Shown in pieces: positions 46,119-46,212 of a stretch of 46,212 bases of DNA (position 1 is its first letter; each line of letters opens with the position of its first letter). The notes under the pieces are model-generated. The model had not been told where the DNA came from, searched no databases, and was given only the letters and a program-made list of their open reading frames with translations. The stretch is taken from positions 1-46,212 of the forward strand of contig DF237612.1 of assembly GCA_000708835.1 (NCBI GenBank), written 5' to 3'. The translations under genes were made by a program, and so were the position numbers. The DNA is from Klebsormidium nitens (Eukaryota; Plantae; Klebsormidiophyceae).

Positions 46119-46212
46119 TTATACACTAGTAGGGAGTTTAGGGGGAGAGCGGAGCTCGGAAGAGGAGAAACTTGCTAGGAATTGGGATGCCTCAAACTTG
46201 GTAAACCAGGAA

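Overview
Intron-rich eukaryotic nuclear DNA of green-plant type. Gene content and splice style suggest a streptophyte alga such as Klebsormidium; this is an inference and no database was checked. The left 31 kb holds three complete spliced genes whose exon chains I assembled by hand with consistent phase: a PRP40-like U1 snRNP WW/FF protein (minus, 21 exons, 2134-14860), chloroplast SRP43 (plus, 6 exons, 16887-22072) and a KUP/HAK/KT K+ transporter (plus, 15 exons, 23488-31236, one well-supported and one probable GC-AG intron). A 483-N gap (15409-15891) lies inside a probable Harbinger-type MITE. The right 15 kb is an accessory region. It contains three intronless paralogs encoding a transit-peptide-like leader plus four CX2C-X22-CX2C repeats resembling phage/virus endonuclease zinc fingers: two are intact and one is frameshifted by an inferred 68-nt deletion. 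It also contains frameshifted gene remnants and a clear 439-bp Tourist/PIF-like MITE with a TTA target-site duplication. The two most unusual signals are (1) the CX2C-X22-CX2C repeat family and (2) repeated intronic tandem copies of the splice acceptor plus the start of the next exon in PRP40 and cpSRP43; where a copy keeps its AG, using it would give a premature stop or frameshift.
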